DNA of 64,000 bases from an uncultured Desulfobacteraceae bacterium (GCA_964548365.1 CAZJRD010000011.1:4425-68424), one strand, 5' to 3'; positions 35,730 through 44,352 are shown, counted from the stretch's first letter. Made by a program: numbers and translations. The notes: generated by a model not told the origin, from the letters alone.

Positions 35730-36518
35730 TCACTCGTCGTTATCCTCCCTTTTCAGCACCTCGGAAATTGAGCGAGCCAATTCAAGTATAAGGCCGGAAT
35801 ACTCCTCTTCCATCGCTTGAGCAACTTTTTGAATAATCGAAAAATCAAACGAAACCCCGCCCAATCCCCTACCGGTATCCAGATTGATCAAAGGGGCACC
35901 AATAGTGATAAGTCCGGGTAAATACTCTTCAACACACATGGCATAACCCCGGCCTTTTGTCCTTTCGATTTCCTTGAGCAATTGGTCCTTGGCGACTATG
36001 GTTTTTTTGGTTTTGGCTGTGAACTCTATCCTGGCAACTTTTTTCTTCAGAGAATCATCAGGGAGAGTAGAGAGATAAGCCTTTCCTATTGAAGTGTTGT
36101 GAAGGGAATTCCTAGCCACAGCAGGAAGGTGGTAGGTAAGCGTTTCTTTAGCCTCACGCTGATAAGCTCTCATGAGATTGTCATCCACCACAAAAGCAAC
36201 GTCTATGGTAATGTTGTACCGGTTATAAACCTCGTCGACTAACTTTTTTATAAGTCGTAAATCATCGCTTGATCGAATGACATTTGTGCTGAGTGCCAGG
36301 GATCTGATCCCCAACCTTACTTCTTTTGTCTTGGCGTCTTTTTCGAGATACGCCAGTTCCACGAGGGTATTAACGAATCGATAGGTGGAGGTCATGTTCA
36401 ACGACAAGATCCGCGAAATTTCGGTTTGAGTGAGGCTGCGAGTTTCTGTATCGAACAGGGAAAGTATTTTTAATCCTTTTTCTAATGAAATTGAAAAATA
36501 CTGCTTGTCGGACGCCAT
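35730..36518 (-). CDS. IclR-family transcriptional regulator
   Basis: wHTH (LTQTEISRILSLNMTSTYRFVNTLVELAYLE) plus an IclR effector domain. ATG 36518 chosen over the longer ORF. Confidence 0.85.
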   Translation of the reverse strand: MASDKQYFSISLEKGLKILSLFDTETRSLTQTEISRILSLNMTSTYRFVNTLVELAYLEKDAKTKEVRLGIRSLALSTNVIRSSDDLRLIKKLVDEVYNRYNITIDVAFVVDDNLMRAYQREAKETLTYHLPAVARNSLHNTSIGKAYLSTLPDDSLKKKVARIEFTAKTKKTIVAKDQLLKEIERTKGRGYAMCVEEYLPGLITIGAPLINLDTGRGLGGVSFDFSIIQKVAQAMEEEYSGLILELARSISEVLKREDNDE

Positions 36519-36647
36519 ATGTGCCCATAGGGAATTGTTTTTACTATTATCGTAATAACTTTCCGAAAATAGTAAAAGCATCTACGGATTTTGTCAAGAA
36601 AAAATTCAAGGCTCTCAGGAAAGAGGTCTCACCGGGGCGGGAACGAT

Positions 36648-37121
36648 TTAACTTACGCCCTTGTACTCTGTTTCAGGAGGCACACAGAGCACAGGCCGCG
36701 TGATAAACCGCAAAATCTTTTCGGCCGTGCTCCCGAAAAAAATGGTGTTCATATCGTCGGCCTTGCCGCAGCTCCCTATGACAATCATTTCCGCATCCAG
36801 TTCAACCGCCTTCTTGTTAATTTCCACAAAGGGCTCTCCTTCACAGACCATGGGTTCGGCCTGGATTCCGTTCTTCTCTTCCTGAGCAAGAAAATCATGG
36901 AGTCTCCTCTTGGCCTCCAGGAACAAATTCTTTTTGATCTCATTCAGTTCGCCGAGATCATGACGCACGCATTTGTCAATAAAATGATGGTCCACTACGT
37001 GGAAAGCCACTATATGACCATCCCGGCCCTTCAATAATTCATATGCCTTGCGAAGGGCCAGGCGAGAACAATGGGAAAAATCCACGGGAACAAGAATCGT
37101 CGCTGTTTTTTCATCTTTCAT
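36648..37121 (-). CDS. Universal stress protein
   Basis: 157 aa. ILVPVDFS start, C-terminal IVIGSCG..FGSTAEKI motif. SD aaggagg. Confidence 0.85.
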   Translation of the reverse strand: MKDEKTATILVPVDFSHCSRLALRKAYELLKGRDGHIVAFHVVDHHFIDKCVRHDLGELNEIKKNLFLEAKRRLHDFLAQEEKNGIQAEPMVCEGEPFVEINKKAVELDAEMIVIGSCGKADDMNTIFFGSTAEKILRFITRPVLCVPPETEYKGVS

Positions 37122-37235
37122 CTTTTCACCTCCTTACTTGCCCTCTCTGTATTTCTTTTTCCTTATGCATCATCCATAGTTACGCTCTCGAGTAGGGACG
37201 TTCGGCTTCTCTTCCCGTCATGATTGAATCCGACT

Positions 37236-37871
37236 TCACTTTCCAGCCTTGATCACGACAAATGCCCCAGAGCCACTGCCAGGACGAACAGGTTCTATGT
37301 CATTGATCTTTTCCAGTTCCATGGAAAGAGTTTGTCCTTCAGAAATGCCGGAAAACCCTGCATTCCGCAAGAGAGAACGCACTTCAGCAACTGAATAGAA
37401 AGTTGCATTTTTGTAAAAAGTACTCCCGGCCTTGTTGGCAAGATATTGCTTTCCAAGTGCACTGACTCGATCAACAAATCCAAGAATGATGGGGGCTTTT
37501 TTCTTGAGCACCCTATACGCCTCTGAAAGAGCGGCTCCAGCATCATGCACAAAACAGATGGTTGTCACAATGAGGCAGTAGTCAAAAGATGTGTTCCTGA
37601 AAGGGAGAGCTTCTGCTATTCCCTGGACACAGGAGATTCCCTTCCTGGCGGCGTAGCCGAGCATGTTCCCGGAAGGATCCAATCCGATATCCGTTCCCAG
37701 GGGGCCGGCGAATCGCCCGGTTCCTACTCCTATTTCAAGACCCAGGCCATTAAGAGGTAAGAATGCGCGCACAGCAAGCAATTCTGAAAGATATGCTGCA
37801 TGGTTGCGAATAAACCACTCCTCATATTGTTCATGATGAACGTCGAACACCTTATACAGAGCTGCACTCAT
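37236..37871 (-). CDS. Class I SAM-dependent methyltransferase
   Basis: 211 aa. Motif I LEIGVGTGRF; Methyltransf_11-like. Confidence 0.8.
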   Translation of the reverse strand: MSAALYKVFDVHHEQYEEWFIRNHAAYLSELLAVRAFLPLNGLGLEIGVGTGRFAGPLGTDIGLDPSGNMLGYAARKGISCVQGIAEALPFRNTSFDYCLIVTTICFVHDAGAALSEAYRVLKKKAPIILGFVDRVSALGKQYLANKAGSTFYKNATFYSVAEVRSLLRNAGFSGISEGQTLSMELEKINDIEPVRPGSGSGAFVVIKAGK

Positions 37872-37901
37872 AATTGCGATTATCCTCGTGCGGAATCACT
37901 T

Positions 37902-37988
37902 CTTACACCTGACATGAGGAAAGTCTGATCCATTCGTCATCATCGACGAGTAATACTCTGAGATTTTTCAATTCAGAAAAAAGGTCCA
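37902..37988 (-). pseudogene. 28-codon stub of a receiver gene (MDLFSELKNLRVLLVDDDEWIRLSSCQV*) 30 nt upstream of the methyltransferase
   Basis: The first 22 codons parallel the receiver at 21612 (MDFFSELKNLRVLLVDDDEWIR). The frame then diverges and stops. Confidence 0.7.
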
Positions 37989-38192
37989 TCTCGATAAACT
38001 TCACCACAGCAGAGTCTATACTGTCAATTGATCTTTTGAAACAGATCTCTGCTAATACCATTAAGCATGAAATAAGCCACCTTCATTTCGGAGGTTAATA
38101 AGCGTAAATACAAGGAGTTATGCGAGGAATAGACCGGGTTAAAGGCGAGAAAATTCGAGAAAATTCAAATCATCTTTTCCCAAAATTGAGAA
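37924..38192 (-). repeat. Promoter plus receiver-5'-end module, copy B
   Basis: Direct repeat of 21548-21828, 16.4 kb away. Confidence 0.85.
38064..38079 (-). promoter_or_regulatory. Sigma54 -24/-12 promoter (stub ORF / methyltransferase)
   Basis: Minus strand TGGCTTATTTCATGCT with correct GG-N10-GC spacing. Confidence 0.6.
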
Positions 38193-38241
38193 AGAGAGGA
38201 AAAGACCCGACCGGGAGATGCAGGACCAATAAGTTGTTTCT

Positions 38242-39954
38242 TCAACGTTTTACCGGCTCCTCTGATGATATTTCATCATCACTTTCCAATTGAAACAGGC
38301 AGATATCTCTCCGATGGATCACGCCAAGGAATCGCTTTTGATCACCTTTTTCAACAACCGGCAGGTAAGGAAGCTGAGAGATCTCCGACTGACGCAGGGC
38401 AAGGGCCAATGGATCATCGGGGTTTATGGTCTCAATTTTCTCGGCCACATCGCGGGCAATGATCAAGCGTGTCAGGTCCCGGTCAAAAGACAGATTACGG
38501 ATGGAACGAAGCGATAGCATTCCTATCCATTCATTGTCTCTTCCGATGACGGGCAACATGGTGTACCTGCTATTCTGCATAGTTTTTATGACCTTATCCA
38601 ATGTCGCGTCCTGCGGGATGGTATCAATATGATATCTCATAAGGTGCTTGACAAGAATCGGTCCTTCCTGCCCGCCGATTCTACAGAAAGGGGCCCTTCC
38701 AATGGCCTCCATCAACCGGTCGCGCAACAACAACAGATCGGCCTTCAAATGCCCAACTGTGGGGATTGACAATATCTTTACTATCTTAACCTCTCCTCCT
38801 CTAACCAGGCTGAGCTTGGTCAATATGGGCCCTGCTACTTCAAAGACCACAGTGGTGGCAAGGATCAGGGCGAGGAGGGGCCCGCCGATGCCGGGATTTT
38901 CCCTTGCCGCCCACGCGGAAAGGCCGATCGCGAGACCGGCCTGGGGCAAAAGCCCCATGCCCAAATAGATGCCGCTCGGTACATTCACCCCGGCAATGCT
39001 CCTTCCCAGGAGTCCCCCAAACATCTTTCCGGCGGCCCTGCCAAGAATATATATCCCGCCTGACAACCCCATTTCCTTTACCATTTCAATATGGAAACTT
39101 GCCCCGGCAAATGCGAAAAAAAGCGCATACAGCGGATAATCAACCTCGCTTAATCGTTTCACGGCTATTTTTGCCCTGTCACAGGTATTGACCAGAAAAC
39201 CTCCCATTATCAGATTCGCCAGCAGGGCAGAAACAGAAAAATAGAGAGACAATCCTACTCCCAGCAGTATCCCTGCCAGGGAAGCCAGGAGAATCTCATT
39301 CTGTTCAAGGCCCCTCCGCAGATAGTAGTGCAGAAACAGCGCGATCCCCACACCGAGAAGAATGGGGACAAGTATTCCACGAGCGACTTCTGTAGCTGCA
39401 AAAAGAAAAGTGGATCCCATGGCCGTATTTTGCGGTGCTGATGAGACCATGCTCATGGCAATCACAAAAGCGATAATGCATAGCAAGTTGTTCAAGCCGA
39501 CCAGGGCCATAATATGGTCGGTAAGGGGACCCTCGGAATCAAATTCCCGTATGACCAGAAGAGTGGCGGCCGGGGCCGTAGCAATGGAAAGTATTCCGAG
39601 CATGGACGCCATGCCAAATGCGCCCTTGATTGCAAGAAGTACCGCGAGAAAAACGATCAAAAATGTGATCGACACATCAGTTATGAAAAAAAGGGGAAGT
39701 GTTTTCTTGAGCCTCTGGAATTTCTTGCTCTCAAATTCCGTTCCAATGTAAAACGCGATGATCCCTAAGGCTATTTCACTAACAAAAGTAAAGTGGGCGA
39801 CTTCTTGTCTTGTCAAAAAGCCGGTGATGGATGGGCCGATCAGGAGCCCGGTTAATAGGTATCCGGTTACCCGCGGCAGCCGGAACAAGGAAGCGATCCT
39901 GCCCCCTGCAAGAGCCAGGACCAAAACAATGGCTAAGGTGAGAATATGATTCAT
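38242..39954 (-). CDS. CPA2-type cation:proton antiporter with C-terminal CBS pair
   Basis: 570 aa. Multi-TM Na+/H+-exchanger-like body (LPRVTGYLLTGLLIGP) plus two CBS motifs at the C-terminus. Confidence 0.85.
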   Translation of the reverse strand: MNHILTLAIVLVLALAGGRIASLFRLPRVTGYLLTGLLIGPSITGFLTRQEVAHFTFVSEIALGIIAFYIGTEFESKKFQRLKKTLPLFFITDVSITFLIVFLAVLLAIKGAFGMASMLGILSIATAPAATLLVIREFDSEGPLTDHIMALVGLNNLLCIIAFVIAMSMVSSAPQNTAMGSTFLFAATEVARGILVPILLGVGIALFLHYYLRRGLEQNEILLASLAGILLGVGLSLYFSVSALLANLIMGGFLVNTCDRAKIAVKRLSEVDYPLYALFFAFAGASFHIEMVKEMGLSGGIYILGRAAGKMFGGLLGRSIAGVNVPSGIYLGMGLLPQAGLAIGLSAWAARENPGIGGPLLALILATTVVFEVAGPILTKLSLVRGGEVKIVKILSIPTVGHLKADLLLLRDRLMEAIGRAPFCRIGGQEGPILVKHLMRYHIDTIPQDATLDKVIKTMQNSRYTMLPVIGRDNEWIGMLSLRSIRNLSFDRDLTRLIIARDVAEKIETINPDDPLALALRQSEISQLPYLPVVEKGDQKRFLGVIHRRDICLFQLESDDEISSEEPVKR

Positions 39955-40080
39955 AGAAACCCGCCGTCAACTGCTTCATTTCGGTTTCCCGTATATCAAG
40001 TATCCTGGTTAAAATAAAGCATCCTAAACATCTATACGTACCGGTTACCCGAGCCTCGCGCTCATGCTCCCATTCTCGTG

Positions 40081-40902
40081 CTACTGGGCATAACTCATTC
40101 TATTTTCGTATAGGTGAAGCCGTTTCTGGAAATTCTTGTTTGGAGGTTTTGATTTTCGGTAGGCCTCGGTTTCGACCCTGACTGCTTCTTTGAATGCCCC
40201 GCACTCGGCATAGGCGGCTGCGAGGGTATCCATCCAGGCTCCATTTTTCCCTATTTCGAGTGCTTTTTGTGCCAAGGCTATCGCCTTTTTGCAATCGCGA
40301 TACCTCGGATCCTTGGCGGTGACCAAGAGCCAGGCAAGATTATTGTAGGAGCCCCCACTCATGGGATCAATTTCGATTACCTTCTGATAATCTTTGATGG
40401 CATCTCTATACCGTTCGAGACCGGTCATGATGACCGCGCGGTTGTGCAGGTAATCAGATCTTTCAGGGCTGATGGATAAGGCGCTGTTTATTTCTTCCAG
40501 TGCCTCCTGGAGCAGCCCTTTTCTGGCACGAACCCCCGCCCGAAGGGAAAAGGCGGGTGCGAAGGACCTGTTCAATTGCAGACAAGCTGATGCATCCGCC
40601 AGCGCGTCATCGGGACGGCCGCTGTACATCTTTACCTGTCCGCGTTCAAAAAAACATTCTGCGCACTCAGGGTTCTCTTCAATGGCCTTGTCAAAGTCCG
40701 ATATGGCGGCATCATGATGTCCCATCTTGGCATACGTTATGCCCCTGTATCGAAATGCCTTGCATTTTTCTTGACTCAACTCACTCGCTTGGGTAAAGGC
40801 GCGAAGAGCATCTTCCAACTTGCCTTTTCGAGCAAGATCAAGGCCTCTTTCCAGCTCTTGTTCTGCCTCACCACTCGGGTGTTTCCTCGTCTTATCAGAC
40901 AC
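40081..40902 (-). CDS. TPR-repeat protein
   Basis: 273 aa of consecutive 34-aa TPR-like repeats. GTG start with SD agagga. Confidence 0.8.
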   Translation of the reverse strand: MSDKTRKHPSGEAEQELERGLDLARKGKLEDALRAFTQASELSQEKCKAFRYRGITYAKMGHHDAAISDFDKAIEENPECAECFFERGQVKMYSGRPDDALADASACLQLNRSFAPAFSLRAGVRARKGLLQEALEEINSALSISPERSDYLHNRAVIMTGLERYRDAIKDYQKVIEIDPMSGGSYNNLAWLLVTAKDPRYRDCKKAIALAQKALEIGKNGAWMDTLAAAYAECGAFKEAVRVETEAYRKSKPPNKNFQKRLHLYENRMSYAQ

Positions 40903-40969
40903 TACTCATCCTCTTCGGCCATGTCAGACACCCATGGGAACCTTTTCTCCGGCCATGCATCCGTATAAT

Positions 40970-41662
40970 CTAAATGTTGGCCGCATCCACCTCATTTTCG
41001 AGCTTTTTCAACAAAGCAAATGTGCCCAGATTCGGGTATAATCGGCCTTTGAGCGCCATTGATATCCACCCTTTCTCTTCAGAAACCACAATAACCAGGG
41101 CATCACTTACCTGGCTGAGACCAACGGCTGCACGATGACGAGTTCCCAGTCCGAGCCTCTCCAGTTCAACAGCTTGCGGCGCCAGGGGGAGCAGACACCG
41201 GGCTTTTCGGATATGGCCATTTCTGATAAGCGCCGCCCCATCATGGAGTGGACTTCCCGGATAAAAGATGTTCTCCAGGAGAGTTGCATTCACCTCGGCC
41301 TCAATGATGACTCCCTGCCGAAGATACTGATCCAAATCGTTTTTCTGCTCGATCACAATGATGGCTCCATGACGCTTCGAACTCAGCCGGGAAATCGCAA
41401 GGATGACCTCCCCGGGGACCCTTATGTTGGGAGAGATACAACATTTCAGATGCCTCTGGAGCAAACCCTTCTCCAATCGGGTAAGTCCTTCTCGTATTTC
41501 ATATATTTCCTGGAGGAAATTACTCAGATAAGAACACTGCTTCAGGCAGGAAAGCGCCCCGTGAAGATCGAGAAGCTGGCATTTCAGATCTACAAGCCTT
41601 TCCTTAATGGCCTCTTCCTCACTGAGAATGGGATCATACTTCGGCGGCATCATTTCACCCAC
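40970..41662 (-). CDS. Diadenylate cyclase (DAC domain) with coiled-coil N-terminus and no TM anchor
   Basis: DGA motif (PLHDGAALI) and RHR motif (LGTRHRAAVG). The start could be GTG 41662, ATG 41653 or ATG 41650. Confidence 0.85.
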   Translation of the reverse strand: MGEMMPPKYDPILSEEEAIKERLVDLKCQLLDLHGALSCLKQCSYLSNFLQEIYEIREGLTRLEKGLLQRHLKCCISPNIRVPGEVILAISRLSSKRHGAIIVIEQKNDLDQYLRQGVIIEAEVNATLLENIFYPGSPLHDGAALIRNGHIRKARCLLPLAPQAVELERLGLGTRHRAAVGLSQVSDALVIVVSEEKGWISMALKGRLYPNLGTFALLKKLENEVDAANI

Positions 41663-41725
41663 TTTTTTCCAATTCTCTCCAACCTAAGGGCTACCAACTA
41701 CAATAATATCTCCTCCATGAAAAAA

Positions 41726-42181
41726 CTATCTCCTTGTCAGTCCGGGCACCATGGCCGGCGGAATAACCAGTACGGGACAGGGCGACCACAGAAGAGTATC
41801 CATTGTCACCGCCCCCAAAGGACCTACCCGAACATCTTCTCCTGTCTGGATGGGAACTTTTGTGTCGGTACCCATGACAATAAGATCCACCGATGCGTTC
41901 CTGGCGAGCTTGACAATCTCACTCACCACATCTCCATCCGACACATTGATGGAATAATTGTCAAACCCCTGGCCCTTCATCTTGTCAACGTAGGCCTCCT
42001 TAACACGCGCTTCCGCCTTGCTTATTTCTTTCACTGTCTCATCTTTGGTTAGGTTAAGACGTCCGAGCCCATAATAAATCCAAAGTTTTGCGTTATGTTC
42101 TTTCGCCATATTGAGCGAAAAGTGCAGGATGTGTTCACAATACTCCGTCAGGCAGGTACAAAACAGAATTTTCTTGTACAT
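41726..42181 (-). CDS. Universal stress protein
   Basis: 151 aa from an ATG with SD ggggggagg. KILFCTCLT..., C-terminal VMGT-type motif. Confidence 0.8.
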   Translation of the reverse strand: MYKKILFCTCLTEYCEHILHFSLNMAKEHNAKLWIYYGLGRLNLTKDETVKEISKAEARVKEAYVDKMKGQGFDNYSINVSDGDVVSEIVKLARNASVDLIVMGTDTKVPIQTGEDVRVGPLGAVTMDTLLWSPCPVLVIPPAMVPGLTRR

Positions 42182-42205
42182 CGTCCTCCCCCCTTCCTGG
42201 ACAAG

Positions 42206-42256
42206 GGGATATCCTGGTGCGGTTTCCGTATCCTCATGCACGCACCAGGATATCCC
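42206..42256 (-). other. Perfect 16-bp stem-loop between the 61-aa ORF and the USP gene
   Basis: gggatatcctggtgcg (42206-42221) pairs with cgcaccaggatatccc (42241-42256), with a 19-nt loop. No U-tract. Confidence 0.6.
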
Positions 42257-42300
42257 TGTGAACGTATCTCCATCCCACCCGAACCACGGGATGGCACCGA

Positions 42301-42486
42301 TTACCTTCCGCCGTTCGGGAAGGCCATTTCATCGCATCTCCAGCAACCCTGCTCCCGCAGGTCACCGCCAAAATCGATGTCCTTGTCGCACAGCCAGCCG
42401 TTCCCGTCTTTGTCCTGAAAGTACTTCAAAGGACGGGCAGGAATGTGGGTATCGGTGGTAGCCTCGAGTCTTTTGTCTTCTGCCAT
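42301..42486 (-). CDS. 61-aa conserved-looking Cys-containing protein (hypothetical)
   Basis: SD aaaggag 8 nt before the ATG. First gene after a sigma54 promoter. Contains WLCD..GCWRCDE. Confidence 0.55.
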   Translation of the reverse strand: MAEDKRLEATTDTHIPARPLKYFQDKDGNGWLCDKDIDFGGDLREQGCWRCDEMAFPNGGR

Positions 42487-42545
42487 TTTCTTTTCTCCTT
42501 TGTGATGCTGAAATATTTTTTGATTCCTGTTACTTAATTACATAG

Positions 42546-42561
42546 AGCATCAAACGTGCCA
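42546..42561 (-). promoter_or_regulatory. Sigma54 -24/-12 promoter
   Basis: Minus strand TGGCACGTTTGATGCT, near-perfect against TGGCACG-N4-TTGCW. About 50-nt leader to the 61-aa ORF. Lies directly downstream of a bEBP gene. Confidence 0.8.
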
Positions 42562-42684
42562 AAAAGGAGAAAGCGTTTCTTCAAAAAAACAACCTTGTTT
42601 TTTCAATATATTAGAAATAATGAACAGGATAACAAGAAGAGAAGGGGCGGAGAAGAGTCGCAACTGTGCTACCGCAGGAATTAG

Positions 42685-44076
42685 CTAAGAGTGCATGAAC
42701 GCTACCCTGCCTTCCGGTTTGTGCCGGCCGTCCTGATCGGGCAGACGAATACCAAGCTTTTTTATCTTGCGAAAAAGGGTTGTCTTGTGGATCCCCATCT
42801 CCCGGGCCGCAGCGAGGCGGTTCCACTTGTTCTTCTTCAGCATAAAGATGATGAATTGCCGCTCCATTTCTTCGAAGGTGTCGGCGCGGACAAAGGAATC
42901 CAGGGTGGGACGTAACGAATCCGGCAGGTGTTTTACGTGAATCAGACCTCCCGGGGAAAGCACATACCCATGTTCGATAATATTTTCAAGCTCCCGAATA
43001 TTACCCGGGTAGTCATAGCTCATCAGAATATCGAAGGCGTCGTGGGAAACGGCTGCTATATCCTTGCTGTACAGGGCCGAAAAACGACTGATGAAATGGT
43101 CAACGAGCAACGGCACATCTTCCAACCGTTCCCGCAGAGGCGGGATCTCGAGCTTTATAACATTGACCCTGTAATAAAGGTCCTGCCTGAAAGTGCCGTC
43201 CGCCACCATCTTATTCAGGTCGCGGTTGGTTGCCGTAATGATCCGCACATTGGCGTTCAAGGGACGGGTGCCCCCGAGAGGCTCGTAGATCTTCTCCTGC
43301 AGTACCCGGAGCAACTTCACCTGGAGCGGGAGAGGCAGGTCCCCGATTTCATCAAGGAACAGGGTGCCTCCTTCGGCCCTCGCAAAACGGCCCTGCCTTG
43401 CCCTGGTGGCGCCGGTAAAGGCGCCTGATTCATGGCCAAAGAGTTCTGATTCGATCAGGGTTTCGGGGAACCCCCCGCAATTGACAGCGACAAACGGGTT
43501 TTTATTTCTCTGGCTCAATCCGTGAATCGCCCGGGCAAAAAGTTCCTTCCCGGTGCCGCTCTCTCCGGTTATCAGCACGGTGCTGTCACTTTCCGCTATG
43601 GTAGGAAGAATACCCAGAATCTTTTTTACCTTATTACTCTTACTGATAATATCTCCAAAGGAGTAACTCTTTTTAATCTCCTTCCGGAACTCCTCAACTT
43701 GCCTGAGGTCGCGGAAGGTTTCCACCCCTCCTCTCAAATTGCCGTCTTTATCTTTGAACACCGCAGTTGAGATGCTCACCGGGACCTGCGTTCCATGGCT
43801 GTTTTCAAGATATACAGCGAGATTCACAACCGGCCTTCCGGTCTCAATGGTATAGCGCATGGCACAGGTGTCCCTGCAGATATTTGACTTCAAGACCTCA
43901 TAGCATCGGCGACCTATTGCTTTTTTCCGTGATACCCCGGAGATGCGTTCTGCCGCCTTGTTGAAACAGGTGATCCGCCAGTCAGAATCAACCGTCATCA
44001 CGCCATCACTGATACTCTGGATCACCGCCTCAAACCGTTCGGGAGACGGGTCATCAAGGAAATATAGAGCTGTCAT
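42685..44076 (-). CDS. Sigma54-dependent transcriptional activator (PAS - AAA+ - HTH)
   Basis: PAS N-terminus, Walker A GESGTGKE, GAFTGA loop, C-terminal HTH (AAREMGIHKTTLFRKIKKLG). ATG 44076 with SD aagga. Confidence 0.92.
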   Translation of the reverse strand: MTALYFLDDPSPERFEAVIQSISDGVMTVDSDWRITCFNKAAERISGVSRKKAIGRRCYEVLKSNICRDTCAMRYTIETGRPVVNLAVYLENSHGTQVPVSISTAVFKDKDGNLRGGVETFRDLRQVEEFRKEIKKSYSFGDIISKSNKVKKILGILPTIAESDSTVLITGESGTGKELFARAIHGLSQRNKNPFVAVNCGGFPETLIESELFGHESGAFTGATRARQGRFARAEGGTLFLDEIGDLPLPLQVKLLRVLQEKIYEPLGGTRPLNANVRIITATNRDLNKMVADGTFRQDLYYRVNVIKLEIPPLRERLEDVPLLVDHFISRFSALYSKDIAAVSHDAFDILMSYDYPGNIRELENIIEHGYVLSPGGLIHVKHLPDSLRPTLDSFVRADTFEEMERQFIIFMLKKNKWNRLAAAREMGIHKTTLFRKIKKLGIRLPDQDGRHKPEGRVAFMHS

Positions 44077-44118
44077 ACACAAATTCCTTGTTTGTGAAAG
44101 GTCATTGGTTGAGGCTCA

Positions 44119-44352
44119 TTACCGTGTCATAGCAGTGCCACATTTCGGGCATCGCTGATCATAGCAGGGCATACCTGCCTGGTGCGGGACCTTTTCTCCG
44201 CAGTTCGGACAAACACAATCCCCGCCCGATCCTGCGCCGGAACCACCTCCTCGACCTCTTCCACCACCGCTTCCCGTACCTCCGCGGCCTCCCATGCCTC
44301 TTCCGGTACCGGGACCTTGCCCTCTCGGGCCTGTTCCATCTCCTCTCGGCAT
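44119..44352 (-). CDS. DUF5320-like small Gly/Arg-rich zinc-ribbon protein
   Basis: MPRGDGTGP start, a GR-rich tract, then CVCPNCG...CPKCG. SD aaggagg. Confidence 0.7.
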   Translation of the reverse strand: MPRGDGTGPRGQGPGTGRGMGGRGGTGSGGGRGRGGGSGAGSGGDCVCPNCGEKVPHQAGMPCYDQRCPKCGTAMTR

